Shown here: piece by piece, positions 25,695 to 37,441 of the stretch
How positions within the stretch are numbered: position 1 is the stretch's first letter
Layout of the letters: the number at the start of each line of letters is the position of its first letter
From: Azolla caroliniana
Lineage: Eukaryota > Plantae > Polypodiophyta
DNA length: 64,000 bases
Assembly (NCBI GenBank): GCA_043228905.1
Contig: JBHGNT010000012.1
Coordinates: forward strand, 5,580,001-5,644,000
Reading direction: 5' to 3'
The notes under the pieces: generated by a model
What the model was told of the DNA's origin: nothing
Database searches by the model: none
What the model saw: only the letters and a program-made list of their open reading frames with translations
Made by a program: the position numbers and the translations under genes

Positions 25695-28600
25695 TGTCGA
25701 GAATCACCGCTCCGATTCACCTTCACCGTTCGGCCACAACCGAGAAATCACGAATCAATGCAGCAGAAAATAGGAAACTCAGAGAAAGACACGATAACAC
25801 AGGGATTAACGTGGAAAACCCTAAACGGGAAAAACCACGGGAGTACAAGACTCCAAACCAACACTATACAGAGAAGTATACAATGGCGAGCTGCAAGGCG
25901 ACGACCTTGAGCTCACTGTCCTCGCCACAGGCGGCGGTAATACACAGAGGCAACGACCTCCTCGTTTCTCTCTCTCTCTCTCTCTCTCTCTCGGCTGCTC
26001 TCACTTCGCTCCCTCTAAGTGGAAAACAGAAAGTGAGCAGCAGCATAAAACTGTTTGCCCTAAGTCATATTTATACACATATGACTTTCAGGCTATTTAC
26101 AAATATAGCCACAAGGGCCCTTGGCAAACATATTCACAAATATGTCCCCGCATCCGGATCTCTCTCCGGGTACATTCATCATCCGGCTCCGTAGCCGGGT
26201 CTTCGTCATCCGGCTCCGTAACCGCAACCGGGCTTGCCGTCATTCATCTCCGGACATCATATCCGGAGGGACCGTAAATCCCAACAAACTCCCCCTTCAC
26301 TTCGGCATGGGATGTCTCTCCAATCCGATCCTCTTCCGGCATGCTTCCAGCTTGTCGGGTGTAAGTACCTTAGTCAGCATATCCGACCCGTTCTCGTCCG
26401 TGTGGATCTTCGTCAGCACGAACTCCTTGTCTTCTATCCTTTCCCGGATCCAGTGATATCTTCGCTGGATGTGCTTCGTCCGGGAGTGATAGGCCGCGTT
26501 CTTCGCAAGGTGGATGGCACTCTGACTGTCGCAGTAGAGTCGGTACTCCTCCTGCCGGATACCGAGCTCTCTAATGAAGTCCTTCATCCATATTATTTCC
26601 TTGCCGGCTTCAACAGCCGCCATGTACTCCGCCTCCGTGGTTGACAGTGCAACCGTCTTCTGCAGCCTCGACTGCCATGAAACAGCTCCCCCTGCATACG
26701 TCATCACATACCCTGATGTGGACCGGCTGGTATCTGCATCAGCCGACATATCCGAATCGGTAAATCCATCGAGTTCGGGCTTACCGGAGCCGAATCGGAG
26801 GCACATGTTTGTCGTGCCCTTCAGGTATCGGAGTATCCATTTGACCGCGTTCCAATGCTCTTTGCCGGGATTGCTCATGTACCGGCTCACCACTCCGACT
26901 GCATATCCTATGTCCGGTCGGGTACACACCATCGCGTACATCAAGCTCCCGACGGCAGAGGCATATGGTACTTTCATCATGTCCTCCTTCTCAGCCTTTG
27001 TCTTGGGGCTTTGCTTGCTGGACAGCTTGCAGTTTGCCGGGAGTGTTGACCCCACCGGTCTTGCTTCCGACATGTTGAACCGGTGAAGCACCTTTGTCAC
27101 GTACTTCTCCAGTGACAACCACAACTGCTTCTTCTTCCGGTCCCGGATGATGTGCATCCCTAGTATTTGCCTCGCCGGACCCAGGTCCTTCATTGAGAAG
27201 GTTCGGTGAAGTGCTTTCTTCAGCATCCGTATCTTGCCCTGGTCCCGTCCGACGATCAACATGTCGTCCACGTACAGGAGGAGCATTAGAAAGTCTCCTC
27301 CTTCGAACTTCTTCACAAACACGCAGTGATCGGTCTGCGTTTTGTGGTACCCTTCGTCTGTCATGAAGGAGTCGAACTTCCGGTACCATTGCCGGGGAGC
27401 CTGCTTCAGACCGTAGAGGCTCTTCTTCAACCGGCATACCAGGTGCTCCTTTCCTTTCTTCTCGAATCCTTCCGGTTGCTGCATGTAGATCTCTTCTTCG
27501 AGGTCACCGTGAAGGAATGCCGTCTTCACGTCCATCTGTTCTACCTCGAGGTCCATGCTTGCCGCTATGCTCAGCACCGTCCGGATGGAGGTCATCTTCA
27601 CTACCGGGGCAAATATCTCGTCGAAGTCCACACCCTTCTTCTGCTGGAACCCCTTCACCACGATCCTGGCTTTGTATCTCGGGGGGTTTCCGGCATCTCC
27701 CGGTTTCAGCTTGAACACCCACTTGTTACGGAGTGCCCGTTTTCCTTTCGGCAACTCCACAAGTTCATATGTGTGGTTCTTATGCAGGGAATCCATCTCC
27801 TCCTGCATGGCACTTAACCACCTGCGGCTATGGGTGTCATGCTTTGCTTCTTCAAAGCTCTCCGGCTCCCCCTCGTCGGTTAGCAGCACGTGCTCTGGTT
27901 CCGGAAATCTCCGGGGGGCCCTTCTCTCTCTTAGAGGATATCTCCGTTCCGGAGCTTCGGTAACCGGTTCTTCCGATTCTTCTTCATCCGAATCCATTTC
28001 GGGATCGGGGCCGGTTCCGGTATCATTTTCATCTTCTTCGGCCGGTTCTGTTTCTTCACCGTCTTCGGCCGGATCCTCGAGTGCTAACCGGTCTCTTGCC
28101 GGTCGGGACTGCTCCTTGTAGAGTTGATCCTCACCGGTCGACTTGGAGCTCTTCATCTTCTTCTCCGACTCCCAGTCGGCGAGTGTCTTGTCCTCCATGA
28201 AGATGATATCGCGACTCCGGAATATCTTCTTGTCGACCGGGTCCCATACTCGGTAGCCGAACTCGTCATCGCCGTAACCGAGGAATATGCATGGCCGGGT
28301 CTTTGGGTCTAGCTTTCCTCTCCGGTCCTTTGCCACATGCACATATGCGAGACACCCGAACACCTTCAGGTGCCGGTAGGATACTTCCCTACCGGTCCAC
28401 ACTCTCTGCGGCGTGTCTCCATCCAAAGGTACTGAGGGTGATCTGTTTATCACGTATGTCGCCGTCGACATTGCCTCAGCCCAAAACCCCTTGGGTAATT
28501 TTGCATGCGTCAGCATACTCCGGACCCTCTCCATTATGGTCCGGTTCATCCTCTCGGCTAGCCCGTTCAGTTCCGGCGTCTTCGGCACAGTAAACTCGAG

Positions 28601-31019
28601 CCGGATTCCCTTCGAGCGACAGTACTCCTCGAACTGCCCCCGGTATTCCCCTCCGTTATCCGCTCGTATCGCTTTCAGCTTCTTGCCGGATTCCCTTTCC
28701 ACTCTCGCGTGGAGTTCTTTGAAGACGGACAATACTTGGTCCTTTGTCTTCAACGGTGCCGTCCACAGCTTCCGGCTGTGATCATCTATGAATGTTACGA
28801 AGTACTGGGCTCCGCCATGTGACTTCGTTTCTACTTGACACACGTCAGTATGCACCAGCTCCAATGGTGCACTACGTCTCGTCGGTGGCCTTGAGTGGAA
28901 GGAGGTCCGGTTTTGCTTACCGGCCAGGCAGTCGGTGCACTTCTCCAGGTGCACATGCTTCACTGGAATAAGGTTGTCTTCTGCAAGCCTCTTCATCCCC
29001 TTCTCACTCATGTGGCACAGCCTCTTGTGCCACAGCTCACCGGCAGTGTCGGCTGCCACGTTCAGCTCCTCCGGACATAGCCGGGAATTCATCAGGTACA
29101 GTGTGTTGACTTTCCGGGCCCGAGCCACTATCAAGCTCCCCTTGCTGAACTTCATTACGCCGTTCCGGATGCTACCTGTGTAGCCTTCATCGTCTAGCCT
29201 CCCGGCCGAAATCAGGTTCAATCGAACCTCCGGAACGTGTCGAACATCCTTCAGCAGCATTTTGCAACCGGTTGATGTCATCAGCCACACGTCTCCTATG
29301 CCGGCAATCCGGCACGTACCTTCATTTCCCATCCGGACACAGCCATGCTCACCGGTTGTGTATGATGAGAAGTATCTTCTCTCCGGGGTCAGGTGGAACG
29401 ACGCTCCGGAATCGACCACCCAGGTCATCTCTTCACCGGCAAGGTTAAGCTCCCTCTCTTCGGTAATGAGCATTATTTCTTCTTCACTTGCCGCGAGTGC
29501 CGTCGTTCCTTTCCGGTCCTGCCCTCGCCGATCCGGACCTCTCCGGTCCATGGCTCCCCGGTATGCACCGTTTCTCTCCGGCGACTTCTTCGAATCGGTG
29601 TCGTCGGCTCCGTTGTCTTTTCGGTAATGCCGACAATTCTTCCGGAAGTGCCCCGGCTTCCCACAGTGGAAGCATGTGGGCCTTCCTCTTGACTGCGACC
29701 GGGTCCCCGACTTCTCCCGTCTTTGAGGACTCCGGTTCCATTGTCTTCCCCGATCCGATTCGGTAAGCAGCGCCTTCGAGTCGGAGGCCGGTTCTTTATC
29801 TCTCCGACGCGCTTCTTCGTTCAAAATACTTGTCTTTACCGTCTGCAAGGACAAGTTATCTTCTGTACAGGAGGTGCTGAGAGTCACCACCAAGTTCTCC
29901 CAGCTTTCCGGCAACGTACACATCAGAATGATGGCTTGCATTGCATCCTCCAACGGGAACTTGATCGCCGCAAGCTGATTCACGAATCCCATGAACGTGC
30001 TTACGTGTTCCACCATACTCTCGCCGTCGCGGTACTTGAGGTTCACTATCTTCCTCATCAGGGAGGTCCGGTTCAACGCGTTCTTCCTCTCGTAGAGGCC
30101 CGACAGCTTCTTCCACATCTCATATGCGTTGGTGTCGTTCGCCACATGTTGTAGGACGCTTACATCGACATATTGCCGGATCGTCGCTACGGCTTTCCGG
30201 TTCAGAAGCCTCCATTCCGTCTCAAGTACCCCCTTCGGTATTTCCGACCTGTCAATCGGTTCGTACAGGTCCCGAACAATCAGAAGATCCTCCATCTTGA
30301 TCTTCCAGTCGGCGTAGTTCTGCGCATTCAGCACCATCATCCCCGGCTGCCCGCTGCTGCCGCCTTCCATTTTCTGCACTGCCGTCGCTCTGATACCACT
30401 TGTCGAGAATCACCGCTCCGATTCACCTTCACCGTTCGGCCACAATCGAGAAATCACGAATCAATGCAGCAGAAAATAGGAAACTCAGAGAAAGACACGA
30501 TAACACAGGGATTAACGTGGAAAACCCTAAACGGGAAAAACCACGGGAGTACAAGACTCCAAACCAACACTATACAGAGAAGTATACAATGGCGAGCTGC
30601 AAGGCGACGACCTTGAGCTCACTGTCCTCGCCACAGGCGGCGGTAATACACAGAGGCAACGACCTCCTCGTTTCTCTCTCTCTCTCTCTCTCTCTCTCGG
30701 CTGCTCTCACTTCGCTCCCTCTAAGTGGAAAACAGAAAGTGAGCAGCAGCATAAAACTGTTTGCCCTAAGTCATATTTATACACATATGACTTTCAGGCT
30801 ATTTACAAATATAGCCACAAGGGCCCTTGGCAAACATATTCACAAATATGTCCCCGCATCCGGATCTCTCTCCGGGTACATTCATCATCCGGCTCCGTAG
30901 CCGGGTCTTCGTCATCCGGCTCCGTAGCCGGGTCTTCGTCATCCGGCTCCGTAACCGCAACCGGGCTTGCCGTCATTCATCTCCGGACATCCCATCCGGA
31001 GGGACCGTAAATCCCAACA
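25695..31019 (-). mobile_element. Element H: young, intact Tnt1-like Ty1/copia
   Basis: LTRs 25695-26286 and 30401-31019 differ by about 3 substitutions and one 27-bp repeat unit. Perfect TSD GAGGC. PBS TGGTATCAGAGC at 30387-30398. PPT AGGGGGAGTT at 26287-26296. Confidence 0.98.
26297..30370 (-). CDS. Intact copia Gag-Pol polyprotein (1357 aa from the first ATG)
   Basis: Uninterrupted ORF with CFHCGKPGHFRKNC, WVVDSGASFH, HHCC plus DDE integrase, RT YVDDML and RNase H. Confidence 0.96.
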   Translation of the reverse strand: MEGGSSGQPGMMVLNAQNYADWKIKMEDLLIVRDLYEPIDRSEIPKGVLETEWRLLNRKAVATIRQYVDVSVLQHVANDTNAYEMWKKLSGLYERKNALNRTSLMRKIVNLKYRDGESMVEHVSTFMGFVNQLAAIKFPLEDAMQAIILMCTLPESWENLVVTLSTSCTEDNLSLQTVKTSILNEEARRRDKEPASDSKALLTESDRGRQWNRSPQRREKSGTRSQSRGRPTCFHCGKPGHFRKNCRHYRKDNGADDTDSKKSPERNGAYRGAMDRRGPDRRGQDRKGTTALAASEEEIMLITEERELNLAGEEMTWVVDSGASFHLTPERRYFSSYTTGEHGCVRMGNEGTCRIAGIGDVWLMTSTGCKMLLKDVRHVPEVRLNLISAGRLDDEGYTGSIRNGVMKFSKGSLIVARARKVNTLYLMNSRLCPEELNVAADTAGELWHKRLCHMSEKGMKRLAEDNLIPVKHVHLEKCTDCLAGKQNRTSFHSRPPTRRSAPLELVHTDVCQVETKSHGGAQYFVTFIDDHSRKLWTAPLKTKDQVLSVFKELHARVERESGKKLKAIRADNGGEYRGQFEEYCRSKGIRLEFTVPKTPELNGLAERMNRTIMERVRSMLTHAKLPKGFWAEAMSTATYVINRSPSVPLDGDTPQRVWTGREVSYRHLKVFGCLAYVHVAKDRRGKLDPKTRPCIFLGYGDDEFGYRVWDPVDKKIFRSRDIIFMEDKTLADWESEKKMKSSKSTGEDQLYKEQSRPARDRLALEDPAEDGEETEPAEEDENDTGTGPDPEMDSDEEESEEPVTEAPERRYPLRERRAPRRFPEPEHVLLTDEGEPESFEEAKHDTHSRRWLSAMQEEMDSLHKNHTYELVELPKGKRALRNKWVFKLKPGDAGNPPRYKARIVVKGFQQKKGVDFDEIFAPVVKMTSIRTVLSIAASMDLEVEQMDVKTAFLHGDLEEEIYMQQPEGFEKKGKEHLVCRLKKSLYGLKQAPRQWYRKFDSFMTDEGYHKTQTDHCVFVKKFEGGDFLMLLLYVDDMLIVGRDQGKIRMLKKALHRTFSMKDLGPARQILGMHIIRDRKKKQLWLSLEKYVTKVLHRFNMSEARPVGSTLPANCKLSSKQSPKTKAEKEDMMKVPYASAVGSLMYAMVCTRPDIGYAVGVVSRYMSNPGKEHWNAVKWILRYLKGTTNMCLRFGSGKPELDGFTDSDMSADADTSRSTSGYVMTYAGGAVSWQSRLQKTVALSTTEAEYMAAVEAGKEIIWMKDFIRELGIRQEEYRLYCDSQSAIHLAKNAAYHSRTKHIQRRYHWIRERIEDKEFVLTKIHTDENGSDMLTKVLTPDKLEACRKRIGLERHPMPK

Positions 31020-31525
31020 GAGGCGAACCCTTACCGGTCGGTTACGATTTCGGAGGGAAGCCAGTGAGGGATAAGCAAGGTGCGGAGCGGAAGACGTGTG
31101 TGTGGCTATAGAGGGCCAAAGTAAAGCACGGGTATGGGACGGCGTTCGGCACAGGCGATGCCGAACAAGGAAGGCGGAAGATGGCACACGGAGCTGCCAG
31201 GAACGAGAGCACGGGCGCGTAATAGACTGCACGGATTGGAGACCGAAAACAGGATAGAGGGCCAGAGAATGATCCTCCACACCCGCTTCGGAGATCTTGG
31301 CGGCTCACTCGGACTGGCAATGACTGGTGTGGCAAGCCAAACCCGAGGTAACAAGTTGGTGGGGGCGAGGGGACGACACCAAGCAGAAGGCTCCGAACCG
31401 GTGGCAGCAGCGGAAGACGAAAGCGGCCATGCGGGCTACTACGGGGTGTTCCTCGTACGCGGAGGACACTGGTATGCAGAAAAGCGGCGATGCACGATCT
31501 GGTCAGGCAAGGGCCGACGATGCAT

Positions 31526-34500
31526 TGTCGTGGAGAAAACCATCCCTAGGCGGAATCGAAGAATATCAGGAGAATCAGTGGTGTGCACCATGTGCACTTA
31601 CCCTTGTAAAAACGTGCGAATAATAGGAGTTAAATCGGGACAAAGGATCCCATGTATAGGGGATTTATCCCACATTGTAACGCATCTCCCTCCTTGTTCT
31701 ATAAAAGGAAGGGAGCGTCTCTTGTGAAAGGGTTGCCCATTTTGAGTTAGGAGGGTATACCGTTAGGTATAGTATTCCATTTATCTTCATCATCATCATC
31801 TTCTTCTTCTTCTTCTTCTTCTTCCTTCGTGTCTGTTTAGGGTTTTAGCCCAATCAAGAGCTTGTATGTTCTGTGAGGGGGCTTACTTCTACTCAGCCTC
31901 CTGTGCAAGACCCCGCTCGACGCGACGAGCCCGAGAGCTCCCCCGACGGCGGCTTGGCGGCAGACTGCTGTTGTAACCTAGCTTACCTCAGTCCAGCTCG
32001 GTGCCAAAGTTCTAACTCACTCTTGTAATCATATATATACAGGGTTCTGCATGTTTGTGTCTCTGTTGGTGTCGGGTGCATTCCCTTCCCTGTGTTTCCT
32101 GTATATAAGAGGTGTGTGTTGTGTTGGTGTTGCGCACGTGCTTTCTCTCTCTCTTCCTCTCTCGCGTTTGGTAGCCATTGGTACGCGTCCGGAATCGCTC
32201 TGGTTCGCGCCACAACCAGTGCAACCGGGACTGGAGAGAAGTCAGCTTCCGACCCCCCATCACATTCTCGTCCGAGACCCCCGTGGTCCCGCCCCTCTTC
32301 TACACGTACCCACGGAATACCGCGACATATTTGGTGAACCCGACGTGAAGGGCGGCAAGGGAGGATGGAGTTGGAAGAAGACGACTTCGCGCAACTTTTT
32401 CTCGAAGTGGTGAGGGAGTTTGGACAAGCAACAACAAGAAGAGAGACGGCGCAACAAGTTGTCGAATGCGTGGTTGAAAGAGTCGGCCGGTTCAACGGGG
32501 ACAAAGTCCCATTCTACTTGGAAGCCTACAACGCGGAGATGGAGGAGCGAGACGTAGACGAGGCGTTGAGGCTGGAGTTCTTCCGTCGGATCATCATCGT
32601 CCGTATACACGCGGAAGTGAAGGAGCTCTGAGAAGCTCATAGTTTGTGGGAGGCCTTCGAAGAGGCGCTCCTGTAGGCATATGGAGGACGGCGGAAGAAC
32701 CGAGGACGACACGGCTTCGACCAATGGGTTTCATCGGCGAAGACCCACCGGGCCGCAACGAAGGCGTTCAGAGAGTACGAGCGACGGCTTGCTTGGCTCC
32801 TGGAGTGGGAACAAGGTTTGGTGGGGGCGGACAGAGTCCTGTTGTTCGTTAAGTCGGTCGACCGAGCGGAACAGGAGGCCATCGGGATTGAGCTCGAAGA
32901 CGAGGATGGAGCGAATGGCCTTACCGAGGACTGGTCGAAGGTCGGAAGGGTATGCCAACATCTAGATGATGAGCGAGCCGAGAAGGTTAAGGGGAAGGCG
33001 CGCGACGGCGCGCCATCACAGCGGGAAGAGGCCGAACGGCAAAGAGAGTCGGCAAGGCTCACCTTCGGGGCCAGGATTGCGGAGGCGTACGCGGCTCTCG
33101 AGGCAATGCTCGAAGAAGAGGAAAGATCGAAACCACGAGCCGACGCCGGGGAGGCGGACTTGCCCCACGAGATGGCAGGAGATCGGTACGATGGTGCCAC
33201 GGGAGAGGGTGCGGAACAAAACGCCCTCTCGACTTGCGGAGATAGAACGGCCGAGGACGAGACCGAGATACCGATCGCAGAATCGGAATGTTGGGACCGG
33301 CGGTTTCAGGCACGTCAGCCCGAAACTCTGGACATAGGAGAAGCAAGCCCAGGACGGGCTTGCGCGATCGGTAAGAAGACGACCACGGACCACGAGGAGC
33401 CGGTGGCTACGGACGAGGGCGTAAAATGGACGGGCAGTTCTTCGTGTCTTCCCACACTTGCTCCCGAGACAATGGCAATTGGGCCTGAGTGCCTACGTGA
33501 GTCCCTAGAGGAGGAAGGCGGTGGCGTAAGACCGAGAATCGCCGGCGAGACGATTCAAGGAAGGTATGGACAAGAGCCCTCGGAACCGATTCTGGAGAAC
33601 TCGGCATTCGGGCCCTTACGCCCATGTGAGACCGAGGAGATGGATGATAGTATCGAAGAGTCCTGGCACGATGCCAGCGAAGATGGGTGGGAAACGGCCC
33701 CCAAAAAGGTCGTAGAAGAGACCAAGGAATGACTCGACCGGGGACCGAACCGTGCGGCACTCCGATTCGGTTGGAGCGCGATCCGGTCGTTGTTTGTTCG
33801 ATTGGGGCCACAATTGGCATGAAGGTGCCGACACGGGAGAGGATGCAGAACGAGCCGCCCTCTTTTACATGGGGAGAAAGACCGGCCGGGCGAAGGTTGA
33901 GAATCGGGAAGAAGGTGATCAAGGGTTCGGAACAAGTCCGGCAAGGTAGGCATCAGAGCCAAAACTCCAGACATTGGAGAATCAAGCCCAGGCAGGGTTT
34001 GGTTGATCACAGAGTGGATGTTTTCCACCGACACCACTAAAAGGGTCGGTGGCCCTAGAAGAGTCGCCGAAAGACGTTGCGAAATCGGTTATCCCCACAT
34101 CTTGTCCGGAGACTTCAGCAATTCGGCCGACGTGGCAACATGAGACCGAAAGAGATGGAAGATGGAGGCGGGAGCACAGCGGGGAGAGCGACGACGAGTT
34201 CGGGAGAAGTACAAGGGATGAAACGGAGAACGAAGACCCGTCCTACGGAGATCCTCACACCGATCCGATTGTCGGCCCGAGCGTCGGCGTGAGTCCTATA
34301 GGAGAGACCGGTGGCGACAGGAGAACGGGACCCGCCAATCCAGAGAATGAAGGGCGGACCCGCACGAGAACCGGGCAGAGTGGACTTCCGGATAACCGAT
34401 TTGGAAGAGGGGAGAGAGCAGGCCTACGAAGAGGCCGGGATCACGGTACGTCAGTACCACGGGAGAGGGTGTGGAGTGAGCCACCCTCTCGATTTGCGGA

Positions 34501-36857
34501 CGAAGATGACCCGGGCTAAGGGTCTGGGATACAACGAGCCTAAGGAGGATCCTTCACACTGGTTCTAGAGACTCCGGAAGCCAGACCGAGAATCGGCGTG
34601 AGACGTAGAGTGACGATCGGTGGCGGCGAGGGGACGAAGGCAAAGAACTGCGGATGGGCAGTCTACAGAGATCCTCACACCGAACCGGTTGTCGGCCCGA
34701 GTGCCAGCGTGAGTCCTATAGGAGAGATCGATGTCGGCAGGTGAACACGACCAGCCGAGGAGGCCGACGCGGAGGTCGGGAAGACGGCAAGCGGTGCTGC
34801 AGCGACCTTACACACACCAGTTATAGACACTCCGGCAGCTGGCAACGACGACCGGCGCCAGACCTAGACGGAAGAACGGTGGCGGCGGCAACATGGGCAA
34901 CCAAAGACTGAGACGATAGGTCCCACAGAGATCCTCACACTGATCCGACGGTCAGCCCGAGTGCCAGCATGAGTCCTATAGGAAAGGACGGTGGCGGCAG
35001 GTGAACGTGATCGGACGACGGAAAGTAGAGCGAAAGATGGTATGAGGCTGGCGAGGCAGCCACGAACCGAATACGGGCCCGACCGGCAGGGCCGGAAAGA
35101 CAAAGATCGGACGCGCTTGGTACACGAGTCGGTGAACCAACAAAACGAAGGCCCGAGAAGGATCCTTCACACATGCCTGGAGACCCCGGCTATTCGGCCG
35201 ACGTGGCAACGGGAGTCCGAGGGTAATAGAAGGTGGCGGAAAGGGGACAAAGGCGGCGACGGAAGAGTCACTGACCAACCAAGCCATTACGAGAAAGAAG
35301 GAGGTTGTGCCAGCAGGACGCAGCAAGAGTGGTCTTCCGGTGACCTGCCGGGGGCACCCAGTTAAGGAGCAGTGTGCCGAGCTGGAAAGGGGGCACACCC
35401 GAAAGCGGAACAGAAGACGTGCGTATGGCCATCGAGGGCCAAAGCAAGCACGGGTACGGGATAGTGTTCGGTACAAACAGAGATGGACAAGGAGGGCAGA
35501 AGGCGGCGCACGGCTCTGCCAGGGACGAAAACACGCGTGCGCGTAAACGGACTACCCGGGATGGAGACCGGAATCAAGATCGAGGTCCGAAGGAGTATCC
35601 TCCACACCCGCTTCGGAGATCTCAGCGGCTCAAAAGGAGTGGCAACGACTGGCATAACGTACAAGACCCAAGACAACAAGCTGGTGGGGGCGAAGGGATG
35701 ATGGCGAGTGGAAGGCACCAAACCGGTAGCAGCAGCGCGAGACAAAAGTGGCCAAGCGGGCTACCACGGGGTGTTCCTCGGACGCGGAGGACACCGGAGA
35801 GCAGACCGTGCATACGGTCGAGGGAAGGGCCAACAATGAGGCACACGTACTACGGGGTCGCAGCGAACGACCTATTGGCGGGACGAATGAGCCTAAAAAG
35901 AGGCAAGCAGCACGAGGATGAACCGGATCTAGGCAACATGGATAGCGAGGACAACCGGTTCGGAGCGATTGGTGATCCGGAGGACCGAAGGGTAAGTGCG
36001 GGCCGGTCTTCTCCGGCAAGAGTCTATTTTGGCGCATATCGGTGGATGCGCGGTTAGGTGGGGGCGGATGTCGTGGAGAAAACCGTCCCTAGGCGGAATC
36101 GAAGAATATCGGGAGAATCAGTGGTGTGCACCATGTGCACTTACCCTTGTAAAACGTGCGAATAATAGGAGTTAAATCGGGACAAAGGATCCCATGTATA
36201 GGGAATTTATCCCACATTGTAACGCATCTCCCTCCTTGTTCTATAAAAGGAAGGGAGCGCCTCTTGTGAAAGGGTTGCCCATTTTGAGTTAGGAGGGTAT
36301 ACCGTTAGGTATAGTATTCCATTTATCTTCATCTTCTTCTTCTTCTTCTTCTTCCTTCGTGTCTGTTTAGGGTTTTAGCCCAATCAAGAGCATGTATGTT
36401 CTGTGAGGGGGCTTACTTCTACTCAGCCTCCTGTGCAAGACCCCGCTCGGCGCGACGAGCCCGAGAGCTCCCCTGACGGCGGCTTGGCGGCAGACTGCTA
36501 TTGTGACCTAGCTTACCTCAGTATGGCTCGGAGCCGGAGTTGTAACTCACTCTTGTAATCATATATATACAGGGTTCTGCATGTTTGTGTCTCTGTTGGT
36601 GTCGGGTGCATTCCCTTCCCTATGTTTCTTGTATATAAGAGGTGTGTGTTGTGTTGGTGTTGCGCGTGTGCTTTCTCTCTCTCTTCCTCTCTCGCGTTTG
36701 GTAGCCACTAGTACGCGTCCGGAATCGCTCTGGTTCGCGCCACAACCAGTGCAACCGGGACTAGAGAGAAGTCGGCTTCCGACCCCCCATCACTTCCTCG
36801 TCTGAGACCCCCATGGTCCCGCCCCTCTTCTACACATACCCGCAGAATACCGCGACA
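31526..36857 (+). mobile_element. Element G: uninterrupted gag-only non-autonomous LTR element related to F and inserted in F
   Basis: LTRs 31526-32327 and 36069-36857 (TGTCGTG..CGCGACA). 18-nt Trp PBS at 32332-32349. PPT GGTGGGGGCGGA. TSD GCAT/GCGT. Internal region is collinear with F and lacks pol. Confidence 0.93.
32365..33732 (+). pseudogene. Gag-like ORF of element G (about 455 codons, two in-frame stops)
   Basis: ORFs 32365-32631 and 32818-33732 are in the same frame, separated by TGA and TAG stops. ATG lies 16 nt after the PBS. Confidence 0.78.
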
Positions 36858-37441
36858 GCGTGCATGGGAAGTAACTGGATTTCGGCACGGGCGGTGCCGA
36901 ACACGAGAAGGGGATGCGCGGCACACGGAGGTGCCAGAGCGGGAATGCATGTGCGAAGGTGGGTTGCCAGTCCAAGTGATCTCCCGTAGAAGGCCGGAGA
37001 GGGATCCTCCACACTGGTCGCGGAGACCTTGGCAGTTCGGTCGCCGTGGCAACGTAAGGCCAAGGAGAAGGTAGGTGGCGGCGAGGGGACAAAGGTGATG
37101 GACAACAGCACGAGACGAAAACCGGGCCAACACAAAGGATGACGGAAGCCAAGAAGGCCATCTCGGGTGTTCCTTGGATGAAGGACACCACACATCCGGA
37201 GGAATGGGGAGCGTGCATGCGGTCGAGAGAAGGGCCAACAAGGAAGCACGTGCACAACGGGGGGGAATCGCGGCAAAGACCTATTGACAGGTCGATCAAG
37301 CCTACTGAGAAACGAGCGCAGGGAAGAAACAAAGCCGACGGTTCAAACCAGCGAGTCTGATACAACAGCCAGCATGTGGATTGCAGGAAGGTTGGTTCCT
37401 CACCGGCCGGAATCTTTCACCTTTCTCCGGATTTGGCACGT

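Noticed and set aside
25592-26194. 200-aa ORF and its 166-aa twin at 30400-30900
   Set aside because: These are LTR sequences read antisense across a (CT)n tract and are duplicated only because the LTRs are.
24350-35660. F/G repeats as hammerhead ribozymes (retrozyme)
   Set aside because: I saw no CUGANGA plus GAAA core in the units on either strand. Other ribozyme classes were not excluded.
32637-36057. Numerous 100-230 aa ORFs as separate genes
   Set aside because: GC-rich, stop-poor sequence gives open frames everywhere, and no independent domains were recognised.
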